This document shows, piece by piece, positions 19,341-28,112 of a stretch of DNA of 64,000 bases. The DNA comes from Promethearchaeia archaeon (GTDB lineage: Archaea; Asgardarchaeota; Lokiarchaeia; Sigyniarchaeales; SOKP01). Made by a program: the position numbers and the translations under genes. Numbering within the stretch: position 1 is the stretch's first letter; every line of letters begins with the position of its first letter. The notes under the pieces were generated by a model that had not been told where the DNA came from, ran no database searches, and was given only the letters and a program-made list of their open reading frames with translations. The stretch lies in the NCBI GenBank assembly GCA_046483985.1, contig JAWOCD010000110.1, positions 1 through 64,000 on the forward strand, read 5' to 3'.

Positions 19341-20600
19341 TTATTTAAAGATCTCAACCATTTCTGGTGATTTCTTTATGCTTTTGATATACTCGAAGTA
19401 CTTTGACACATCATATCCGTATTTTTTTCCAATATCTAAAACATTTTGCAGAATTCGAAGCTTTCTCACACCTAATTTACAAGTTTTGAAGAATGATCGA
19501 AATAGCATAGAAAGCGGTAATACATTGTCGAGATTTTCCAAGGGTCGAAGAACAATTCCTTCTGGAGAGAATTTAAATAATTTTTCTGTTTCATAGATCA
19601 GTTCATCTTCCAGTTCGCCAATTTTTTCATATTTATAATATTCTTGGATTTTTTTAAAATGTTTTATCATAAATATAATTGTTTCGTTTATATCTCGCCC
19701 TAATTGCAAAACCTTCATGGTCTGGTCAAAACCGGGGATAATTTTGAGTAAGGGTTCGAAGTTCTGTACGCCAAATCGTTTAAGACTCTCGTGAAGCTCC
19801 CCGAAAAGTTCTGCTCGTTCTTTATCGCATGCAAGATAATTATATATGAGATAACGCCCTGTTTTTGTATCAAACAAATCCATTTTCTTGTCTAATTCCT
19901 GAAAGGGCAAGATTTTTACTTCAAAGTCAAAATGAATGAAATGTTCCTTCTCGATTTTCTTATTGTTAATCTCTAATAAACGAGCAGTTAGTGAATAGAT
20001 ATGGGTCTCTTTTGCCTTAATTTGGAACGAAACTGCCTTTGGCTTTTCAGGCGGAAGTTCTATTATAAAACCATTTCCTTTACTCTTACGCTGTTGGCTC
20101 GGATTCCTTGAAATATTCAAACTTACTTCCATTTTAATATGTTGAGCCCCCCGCTGAATTAACATTCCGGTTACTGGGAAATTTTGGTTCCGGATTCCAA
20201 TTGGGGGATAGTATAACTCGAAAAACCCTAATTCTAATTGTTGTTCGCCCATATAGCCAGAGAGATATATATTCGCTTTATTGACCAGTTCTTCGAATTC
20301 TGTCTTAAAAAGGGAAATTAAATTTTTTGCCTTTTTGGATATCTGCAGTTGTTGCGTCTCTTCCTCTTCTCTTTCGCTTTCTTCTTGAATTCGTAAATTA
20401 AACTCGAGACTTTCTTTTAATAATGAGATCCGCTTAAGAATTGTCCGTAATTTTTCTTGAAGTCCTTTTCGTTTCGCTCTAAATTCTTGTAGAGAAATAT
20501 TTGATTGTTTTAATTGTCGTTTCGACAGTTGAATCTTTTTTACAATTTCTTTAACTTTTGCTTTTAGCCGTTTTAATTCTTCGCTGGTAGATTCTGGAAT
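19341..20600 (-). CDS. Hypothetical protein (about 419 aa) with N-terminal coiled coil; probable ATT start, 116 codons upstream of the ORF-track ATG (20252)
   Basis: Frame stays open from 20252 to 20603 and encodes heptad-like IPESTSEELKRLKAKVKEIVKKIQLSKRQLKQ...; AGGTGA SD-like motif 7 nt before the ATT. Confidence 0.75.
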   Translation of the reverse strand: MPESTSEELKRLKAKVKEIVKKIQLSKRQLKQSNISLQEFRAKRKGLQEKLRTILKRISLLKESLEFNLRIQEESEREEEETQQLQISKKAKNLISLFKTEFEELVNKANIYLSGYMGEQQLELGFFELYYPPIGIRNQNFPVTGMLIQRGAQHIKMEVSLNISRNPSQQRKSKGNGFIIELPPEKPKAVSFQIKAKETHIYSLTARLLEINNKKIEKEHFIHFDFEVKILPFQELDKKMDLFDTKTGRYLIYNYLACDKERAELFGELHESLKRFGVQNFEPLLKIIPGFDQTMKVLQLGRDINETIIFMIKHFKKIQEYYKYEKIGELEDELIYETEKLFKFSPEGIVLRPLENLDNVLPLSMLFRSFFKTCKLGVRKLRILQNVLDIGKKYGYDVSKYFEYIKSIKKSPEMVEIFK

Positions 20601-20603
20601 AAA

Positions 20604-21653
20604 TTATTCACCTGATTCAAGTTGTTTTTTGACCATCTTCTCAAAACCAATCGAATTCGAGAATATGGGATCTTCGACTTTAATAATACGATCTAAATCT
20701 AAATCTCGTATTAAATTATGCTCGAGAATTAACATTTCAATCTCAGTCCAAAATAATTCCACCGCTTCACCAGTTATAATATAATATTCCACATCCGCTT
20801 CCAAGGGTAAACTATTTAGAACTTCTGAAAGATTATCTACGATATCATTGGCAATTTGCCGAATATAATGCTCTTTGACGTTTCCAATGTCATAATTTTT
20901 TCCCGCAAGAATCACTTGATCTTGTTTCTTTCTGATATTTCCTAAAATCGTATGAGGATTGACGATTTCCCCCGTCTGTTGCTGTAATGCTTGAGAAATT
21001 TTATTAGCTAAAACAAATAGAGAGGCATTTGTTAGATTAAGGGAAGCAGTTCGTATGATTTCCCCATTATATACTGTTAGAATCTCCGTTAATAAATCAA
21101 GCGAAATAACGACCGCGTCTAATGCAATCCCTTTTTCTAAGTTTGATACAATAGAATAGTAAGATCCATAACTCTGAGGCATGATGAACGCTTTTTTGAT
21201 GGTTTTCTCAACCTCGATAATCTCATTGGTTGCTTCGTTTTTAATTTTTATTTCACATTTTCCCTTAATTTTTGCACTTAATTCCTTCATACGCTTGACA
21301 CTGGTTGAGATCGGCACACCAATTCCAAGTATAATGTCGGACTCCTCTTTATCTACGATAAGAGGCAAGATCGATTTAATTATCTGAAAAATTTCATCAA
21401 TTTTTTCTAAATTTCCTTGGTCCAAAATAAATTGTTTTATTTCGCTCTGAGTCCGAGCCAACTCACCGATATAGAATTCCTCTTCGTTCTCTATGAGGAT
21501 TAAGTTATTTTCCCAACTTTTATCAGAGGTAAGCTCTCCAAAGCCTATAGGATCGCTGCTCCCAATTACATTGGGTATTCTGAACTGCTTCTCTTTGCTG
21601 GAAAACTTAATTTCGGATCCGATGTCAATTCCAATGCCAACTGTATTAGTCAT
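20604..21653 (-). CDS. ParM/StbA-like actin-fold protein, degenerate (pseudo-ATPase) paralog
   Basis: IGIDIGS, YIGELARTQSE, GVP and DPIFSNSIGF retained; phosphate-2 reads SLDLLTE and adenosine motif reads TGEA. Confidence 0.85.
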   Translation of the reverse strand: MTNTVGIGIDIGSEIKFSSKEKQFRIPNVIGSSDPIGFGELTSDKSWENNLILIENEEEFYIGELARTQSEIKQFILDQGNLEKIDEIFQIIKSILPLIVDKEESDIILGIGVPISTSVKRMKELSAKIKGKCEIKIKNEATNEIIEVEKTIKKAFIMPQSYGSYYSIVSNLEKGIALDAVVISLDLLTEILTVYNGEIIRTASLNLTNASLFVLANKISQALQQQTGEIVNPHTILGNIRKKQDQVILAGKNYDIGNVKEHYIRQIANDIVDNLSEVLNSLPLEADVEYYIITGEAVELFWTEIEMLILEHNLIRDLDLDRIIKVEDPIFSNSIGFEKMVKKQLESGE

Positions 21654-21761
21654 TTAATATTATCCCTAAAAATTCTGATACGCTAAAAAACTAAAAAATG
21701 AATAAATTATATTATAGTATTATAGTTAATAATAAAAATTAATTTTTAAGTTGAATAAAAT

Positions 21762-22784
21762 ATGAAAAACGTCGGAATTGACCTTGGAACATCTACGGTA
21801 AAGATCTCATGCGGAGATCAGCAGTTCTTAATCCCCTCAGTGATTGGTGAGCCGAATCCTGGGTGGACGGGTACTACTTTCGAGAAGGATCTCTCAAAAA
21901 ACCTCGTACTAATAGAAGGAAGAGATAAATATTATATTGGGGAATTAGCCCGAATGCAATCCGAAGTAAAAAGAGCGTTGGCAAGTGATGGACAAATGAA
22001 GTCGGCAGAAGAAACATTCCTCGCAATAAAAGCCGCACTCTCTTTATTATTAGAAAATGATAATGAAGATGTTAATATTGCCACGGGCGTACCAGTTGCA
22101 ACTCCGCTTGACTCCATGAAAAACCTCAGTAAGATGTTAAAGGGAAATTTAGAAATTTATGTAAAAAACGATGCAACCGATGAAACAAAAAGGCTAAATG
22201 TCAATGTAAATACATGCATGGTGCTCCCAGAGCCATACGGAACGTATTACAAGACTCTAAAAGACAGGGGGGAAGACACCGCAGTCGATACAGTAATAAT
22301 TGATATCGGCCATGGCAGTACAGACATTTTGACAATGTACCAAGGTAGACCCATGAGAACCGCAAGCGGTTCCATGCGGGAGGCCACAGATACCTTAACC
22401 AGTCGAATGGCAAAATCACTCCAAGATAAAACGGGATCAATTATAAAACCATTCGACTTGATGTCCACAATCAGAAAACAAAAAGAAACAGTAATGATTG
22501 GCGGTCAAACATATTCGATTAAGAAAATCAAGAATTTTTATGCAGATCAAATTTCAAAAGTTATGGTGGACGAAGTGATGCGTCTCATCTCTAATCTACC
22601 TCCGGATGCATTCGTTGAGTACTATATTATTTGCGGAGGAGGAGCCTACACCTTCGGAGATACCATTCGAGAAGCAATTATTGATAAAAAATTAGTTGCC
22701 TCTCCAGAAAATGTAGTCATTCCGGATGATCCAGTCTTAAGTAATGCAGTTGGGTTTGAATTGGTTGCAAATGCCAAATCTTAA
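21762..22784 (+). CDS. ParM/StbA-like actin-fold ATPase
   Basis: Phosphate-1 VGIDLGTSTVK, PEPYG, phosphate-2 IIDIGHGSTD, adenosine ICGGGA, DPVLSNAVGF. Confidence 0.92.
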   Translation: MKNVGIDLGTSTVKISCGDQQFLIPSVIGEPNPGWTGTTFEKDLSKNLVLIEGRDKYYIGELARMQSEVKRALASDGQMKSAEETFLAIKAALSLLLENDNEDVNIATGVPVATPLDSMKNLSKMLKGNLEIYVKNDATDETKRLNVNVNTCMVLPEPYGTYYKTLKDRGEDTAVDTVIIDIGHGSTDILTMYQGRPMRTASGSMREATDTLTSRMAKSLQDKTGSIIKPFDLMSTIRKQKETVMIGGQTYSIKKIKNFYADQISKVMVDEVMRLISNLPPDAFVEYYIICGGGAYTFGDTIREAIIDKKLVASPENVVIPDDPVLSNAVGFELVANAKS

Positions 22785-22965
22785 TTGTTTTTTCCTTCTT
22801 TTTTCTCTTTATTTTCTCAGACATTTTTGGGATGTGAAATTTATTTTGGAATATTTAAAAAATCATCCGAAGAGAAAATAAAAAATAAATAACCTCAATT
22901 CTATTTGTTTATCAAGTATTACTTGTTATACTTTCTAAGGAATTATCTAAAAAATAAGGTTATGT

Positions 22966-24255
22966 TTGAAAGTGGATGATAAAACTTCTAAAAGGGATAT
23001 CGAAGAATTAGAAAATACGGTTAAAGGTATTTTGGGTAAGGAGGGGAGTTCAAAAAAAGAAGGATCTTCAAAAAAAAATTCAGAAATTGGTTCGGAACTT
23101 TCAGAACTTGAGTCAATGGTAAAAGGGGCACTCACGGAACTAACTGATTTGGAAAGTAATCTTATTAATGTAATTAGTCCTTCACCAGATATGAACAATA
23201 AAAAAGAAGGCAACTATCTAATGGCAGTGCGAAGATTCCAAAATGCTATGAAAGCGGCGCTTATAGATGGCGCTAAGAAAAGGAATCTTGATACTTTTCA
23301 AGAAGGCTTTAATTTTTATGAAAACGCCCTCGAAATTATAGAATCCACTGGAAATAAAGCTGAACGAGATCAACTCAAATCGGAGTTTTCCAAACTTTTA
23401 ATGAAGATTATCTCCGAAGATAAAAATAGACGGGATCCGAAATTTATTCCCTTTCTTCAGAAATCGTGTATTAAACTAGCCGAGATTTATGAATCGTTTG
23501 GACAATATGATGCAGCCATAAAATTTCACGATAAAAATATTGAACTCTTTAAAAACAAGCCGTTGCAAGGAGACTTAGAACGGTTTCAAGTCATCGTGAA
23601 CTATCTTCTCTTAAAAAAAAAGTCCACGGCCAAAGACTATGTTACTCATCTCAAGTTCAAACCCATTAAAAAACTCACCGAACAACTACTAAATTCAATA
23701 AATACAGGTAATTTAACTAACCTTGAAGGTATAAAAACTCGAATAGAAGTCTTGGGAACACAAAAAGGCTTGAAAACTCGAAGTGCATTAAATTTAATTG
23801 ACCGCCTTTCAGAACAATATGAGACACCGAAACCAGATGCAGCTGAACAAATTAAAGTTCCCGAAGGTGCACAAAACCTCTCAAACGAGAAAATTAATGC
23901 CATTAAAAATTCACTTTCTAAAGGAATAGAACAACTAAAGACGACTCATCCCGATCTTAAAATTTCCGCCAATATTGATACAGAATCCATCGTGAATGAA
24001 TTGAAAACCGCGATATCCTCTGAAATTAGTAAAGAGATTAAAACGCTGTCAAGCTCTATTGTCTCTCAAATTGTGAAAAAAATGCCTACCAGCTCATCCT
24101 CATCCTCAAGCTCAAGAGCTCCCGCATCCCGCTCTGCAGGTAATATCTCGGATGAGGCAGCTCCCGAGATTGATGTAGTTGAGGGGGGAGAGAAACAGAA
24201 ACCTAAACGTCCAAAACTGGATGATATGCTTGATAATGTAATCGTCTCAGAGTAA
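22966..24255 (+). CDS. Hypothetical alpha-helical (TPR/SNAP-like) protein with Ser-rich linker and short C-terminal motif
   Basis: Helical repeats (LAEIYESFGQYDAAIKFH), SSSSSSSS tract, terminal KPKRPKLDDMLDNVIVSE. Confidence 0.75.
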   Translation: MKVDDKTSKRDIEELENTVKGILGKEGSSKKEGSSKKNSEIGSELSELESMVKGALTELTDLESNLINVISPSPDMNNKKEGNYLMAVRRFQNAMKAALIDGAKKRNLDTFQEGFNFYENALEIIESTGNKAERDQLKSEFSKLLMKIISEDKNRRDPKFIPFLQKSCIKLAEIYESFGQYDAAIKFHDKNIELFKNKPLQGDLERFQVIVNYLLLKKKSTAKDYVTHLKFKPIKKLTEQLLNSINTGNLTNLEGIKTRIEVLGTQKGLKTRSALNLIDRLSEQYETPKPDAAEQIKVPEGAQNLSNEKINAIKNSLSKGIEQLKTTHPDLKISANIDTESIVNELKTAISSEISKEIKTLSSSIVSQIVKKMPTSSSSSSSSRAPASRSAGNISDEAAPEIDVVEGGEKQKPKRPKLDDMLDNVIVSE

Positions 24256-24262
24256 AGTCCGG

Positions 24263-25051
24263 CTAAGGCAGTTTTGCTAACTCGTTTTGAATCTTCTTAT
24301 GGTAATCGAAATCCGCTTTTTCTTTGAATTTTAAATGAATTAAAAACTCACGGGTGCCCCCTTTTCCTTTTAATGGGGAAAGGATTAAACCGTGAGGGAA
24401 GAATCCATGATTACAGCACCATTCCATAAATTTTTCCAAAATTTTCTGTAGATCTTTAGATTTTTTGAGATTATTTTCATTTACAGAGAGATCCTCCGTG
24501 ATTTCAAAAATCGGTTTGATAAGCCCAACGATTTCACCTTCTTTCTTTGTAAAATTCTCCACGTTCGGTAAAATATTTCTTAGAGATGTCATGGTAATAT
24601 CAATAGTACATAAATCCACATTTTGTTCTAAATCCTTTAATTCTCTGGCATCTATCCCTAACATGGGGATGACCTTTCCTTCCATTTTTTTACAGCGTAA
24701 TGAGAGATGTAAAAGATTAGTAGAGGAATCAATAGCGTATACTTTTTCCGCCCCATGCTTAATCAAACAATCCGTAAATCCCCCGACAGATGCCCCAATA
24801 TCCGCGCAAACTTTTCCATTTATATTGATTTTAAATGTGGCTAAAGCCTTTTCTAATTTTATTCCGCCTCTGCTCACATAGGGAAATTGTTTGGTCAATT
24901 CGATTTCTAACTCGTTGTCAATTTGTTTGCCCGGTTTAGCTATCTTTTCTCCATTTACTAGCACATATCCATTATTGATTAACCATTGAGCTTTTCGTCT
25001 GCTGTCCACTAATCTTCTTTCTACCAAAATTAAATCTAACGATTCTTTCAT
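24263..25051 (-). CDS. tlyA: TlyA-family rRNA methyltransferase (S4 + FtsJ domains)
   Basis: LDLILVERRLVDSRRKAQ, YVSRGGIKL, DIGASVGGFTDCL, LIKPIFE. Confidence 0.9.
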   Translation of the reverse strand: MKESLDLILVERRLVDSRRKAQWLINNGYVLVNGEKIAKPGKQIDNELEIELTKQFPYVSRGGIKLEKALATFKININGKVCADIGASVGGFTDCLIKHGAEKVYAIDSSTNLLHLSLRCKKMEGKVIPMLGIDARELKDLEQNVDLCTIDITMTSLRNILPNVENFTKKEGEIVGLIKPIFEITEDLSVNENNLKKSKDLQKILEKFMEWCCNHGFFPHGLILSPLKGKGGTREFLIHLKFKEKADFDYHKKIQNELAKLP

Positions 25052-25087
25052 TTTTCTCCAAATTTTTAAGATTCTAAAGTTAAAAAA

Positions 25088-26170
25088 TTATTCTTCATTC
25101 ATATACGAAATTCTGGTGGCAATTTGGGCTATAATGTATTTCAATGAAATCCTATGCCCAAATCTCTTATATAAAAAGCGTAGCCCAATCGCCCATACTA
25201 TAAATGTCCCTATAATAAAAAACCAAACATTTATTGGGTTAAGTTGATTTAAAAATAAGAAATACATAATATTATGGGAAAGGTAAACCGTTAAGGAGAA
25301 ATATGAAAAGTAAAACAAAAATCGATAACTTTTCTTGGTATCAAAAAATCCTAGTTCCTCGAGTACTATTAAAGTTGTTATTAAAACGACCTCTATCCCT
25401 AATGCATATATATACCAAGAATTAGTTCTATTAATTAAGAAGTTGGGAAAATTGTAAATGACTCCGAGGAACACAAGAAACCCACCTCCTAAATATCCTG
25501 GGATTATTAATTCTTTTTTCAATCTCCGCCGATGTTCCTTTATCTCGTCAATATGATAGATATCAAATATAATATCACCAAGTATGGTTCCTACAATAAA
25601 AAATGGAAGATTTGGTAGAATAGGGTTCTGGTCCCGAGAAAAATAGAGAAAATAATAAATCATTTCTAAGAAAACGGAGTTTTCCTTCAAATTTAGAAGA
25701 ACGGATAAGAGGATCAGATGACCAATAAAAATTATTATAGCAACACAAATTCTTGAAACTCTGGATATCTTTAAGAGAGGCCAACTTAAGAATAAGCATA
25801 CTGGAATTGTTATGAGAATAAACCATTTCCACGCGTATAAAATATTACCTGTAAATATTGCTATAGATATATTATAGATTAATCCGATAATAAAAAGTAA
25901 AGATGCGCGAGTATAATATTCTCTTTTAATTATTGTAGGGTGATATCTTTCCTTCTTTTCCGCTTTGGAAATCCTTTTTCGGTATGATATCATGGTACTT
26001 ACACCCGCAATAAAAAGAAACGCTGTGGCTCCGATGACATCGAAAATATTCATTACAATCTGTTCAAACCATTGGTATTGTGCTTGTAGCCACCAATCAA
26101 GGATATGACCCGTGAACATCCAAAACATTGAAACTCCACGGACCAAATCAATCCCTTTAACTCTTTTCAC
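25088..26170 (-). CDS. DUF1624/HGSNAT-type membrane acyltransferase domain protein
   Basis: RVKGIDLVRGVSMFWM..H, FLFIAGVS, SLTVYLSH; GTG start. Confidence 0.8.
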   Translation of the reverse strand: MKRVKGIDLVRGVSMFWMFTGHILDWWLQAQYQWFEQIVMNIFDVIGATAFLFIAGVSTMISYRKRISKAEKKERYHPTIIKREYYTRASLLFIIGLIYNISIAIFTGNILYAWKWFILITIPVCLFLSWPLLKISRVSRICVAIIIFIGHLILLSVLLNLKENSVFLEMIYYFLYFSRDQNPILPNLPFFIVGTILGDIIFDIYHIDEIKEHRRRLKKELIIPGYLGGGFLVFLGVIYNFPNFLINRTNSWYIYALGIEVVLITTLIVLEELGFFDTKKSYRFLFYFSYFSLTVYLSHNIMYFLFLNQLNPINVWFFIIGTFIVWAIGLRFLYKRFGHRISLKYIIAQIATRISYMNEE

Positions 26171-26201
26171 TTCTTATCCCAGAAATTACATTCTTTTGAA
26201 A

Positions 26202-27074
26202 TTATTTTTCAATAGATTGTCCAATATTAAAAAACTTATGAATTTTTTGCTTTGCGTTATTAAGAGAAAGGTGATTGTGGAGTATGTCACTGCTTACCTC
26301 TCTGTAAAACTTAATGCTTTCTTTACCCAAGGCAATCTTTGTCTTTTTTCTTAAAGATCTCCCCTTTTTCAATTTCTTACTTTTTAATTTTGAACATATC
26401 TCATCATAGGTTGTTTTGGTTGTCTTTATTCCGTCTCTTAAGGCTAACAACAAGGCGGAAGCTTCATCCTTGGATATCCGGTTTGATTTATTATGGATCC
26501 TTATCTTTGATGACTTAGACTCGTCAATTAAAAAAACATCTAACTTACGCTTGAAATAGAAGGAATTAAATATGAAATCTACAAATTCATAACAAATCGG
26601 TAAAATACCTCTGCCAATTTTGAAACTTAAATGAATTAAATTATAATCTGAATTATCGAAACAATTTACGAATGTTTGAACATCTTTTTTTAGGCTTTTT
26701 TGGCGGTAATATGTTTTGGACCTAAGAAAATAGTCGTCTAAAAAGACAGTCATTCCTATTCTTTTTGTCCCGGGGTCTATAGAGAAAAGTAAGTTTGAAT
26801 ACTGCTCTTTATAACCGATCCTATGAGCCGCGAGAACTTTAATTAAAAATATTTCAAAATCAGCGTCCTTTTCGAAAATAAGAAGGTTTAATTCATTTTT
26901 ATCAGGAACTTCAATTTTATCCACTTCTTTTTTGGTGGTCAAAATAATGCCCGAGTCTTTTGGAACTTTTTTCCAATTATTCCAAATCTTGAATTTAACC
27001 TTTAGACGTGATAATCTTTTATTAATCTGATAAAAAAATCGGCTGTTGTTGGTTAAGAGATATAAATTATGCAA
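26202..27074 (-). CDS. Hypothetical protein with YqgF/RuvC-like RNase H fold
   Basis: SIDPGTKRIGM, IDESKSS and DEASALLLA acidic residues. Confidence 0.65.
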   Translation of the reverse strand: MHNLYLLTNNSRFFYQINKRLSRLKVKFKIWNNWKKVPKDSGIILTTKKEVDKIEVPDKNELNLLIFEKDADFEIFLIKVLAAHRIGYKEQYSNLLFSIDPGTKRIGMTVFLDDYFLRSKTYYRQKSLKKDVQTFVNCFDNSDYNLIHLSFKIGRGILPICYEFVDFIFNSFYFKRKLDVFLIDESKSSKIRIHNKSNRISKDEASALLLALRDGIKTTKTTYDEICSKLKSKKLKKGRSLRKKTKIALGKESIKFYREVSSDILHNHLSLNNAKQKIHKFFNIGQSIEK

Positions 27075-27204
27075 AGAAATTTGAATTCTCCATTTTTTGA
27101 ATCAATTATAAAATCTTTAATTTAACCTTAAATGGGATAATTTTTTTATGCAATCTGATTTATAAAATTAATAATAAAATTAATAATTTGTATTTATAAA
27201 AAAT

Positions 27205-27915
27205 ATGCTTCTTCCAGTCCCTCAATTAGATTCGTACTTCAAACCAATTAAAAGAGACAAAGGCTTATATTCAGTCTGGGGACAATTTGGAGTAGGAAAA
27301 ACATATTTTGCTTTACAAACCGCTCTAAGTTATGCTAAGAAGGGGGAGCATGTGCTTTATATTTATACTAAACCAAAATTGCCTTCTCATCAGCTTCAAT
27401 CTTTATTAACTAGTCAAAAAAACGAAAATCAAGAAAATTGCCTTAATTATCAGACATTTTTACGGGTATATGATTTTGATGAACTTTTTTCCCTCTTATT
27501 TCAACTGGAGTTCCTATTTTTGAAGCAAAAAAAGGGAACTGGACCCACTCCCTCCCTTCTTATAGTAGATAATATCATTAATTTGTATCAACTGGAACTC
27601 AATCCTCAAAAAAAGGAAATTAATGTGGACTTAAACTATTCGTTAAATCAAATGCTTGGACTCCTTACATACCTGATAGAAGAATACGATATTGACATCT
27701 TGCTGATAAATAATATGTCTTATGCAGATAAAGGAGAAGGCACAATTGAACATCCGGCTGGAGGAAATGTAATCGACTACTGGGTTCCATACTCTATCAA
27801 AATCCAACGTACCTCTAAAATAAACCAGAGAAAATTTGTAATAAAGACTCCAGAAGATTCCGATTTAACTGACGGAGAATTTCAATTTAAGCTGACTGAT
27901 GAGGGGTTTCAATAA
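27205..27915 (+). CDS. RadB-like RecA-family ATPase
   Basis: Walker A GQFGVGKT, Walker B LLIVDN, PAGG...W motif. Confidence 0.75.
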   Translation: MLLPVPQLDSYFKPIKRDKGLYSVWGQFGVGKTYFALQTALSYAKKGEHVLYIYTKPKLPSHQLQSLLTSQKNENQENCLNYQTFLRVYDFDELFSLLFQLEFLFLKQKKGTGPTPSLLIVDNIINLYQLELNPQKKEINVDLNYSLNQMLGLLTYLIEEYDIDILLINNMSYADKGEGTIEHPAGGNVIDYWVPYSIKIQRTSKINQRKFVIKTPEDSDLTDGEFQFKLTDEGFQ

Positions 27916-28112
27916 TCGCCCGACAACTCATAACCATTGGGGTAGATAAATTAAAGGTGCTATAAATTAGAAAAACTGGAATGATAAAAGATAAAAAAAC
28001 TTATGCAAAAGACTATAAAACTTTTAATAAATAATTTAATTAAAAAATTATTTTCACACATAATCTGTATTTTTCTGATATGATTTAAATTACCTTGGAA
28101 TGATTTTCTAGT

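Noticed and set aside
21654-21761. parC-like centromere between the two actin genes
   Set aside because: Only short CTAAAAA and TATTATAG repeats in very AT-rich DNA; no iteron array.
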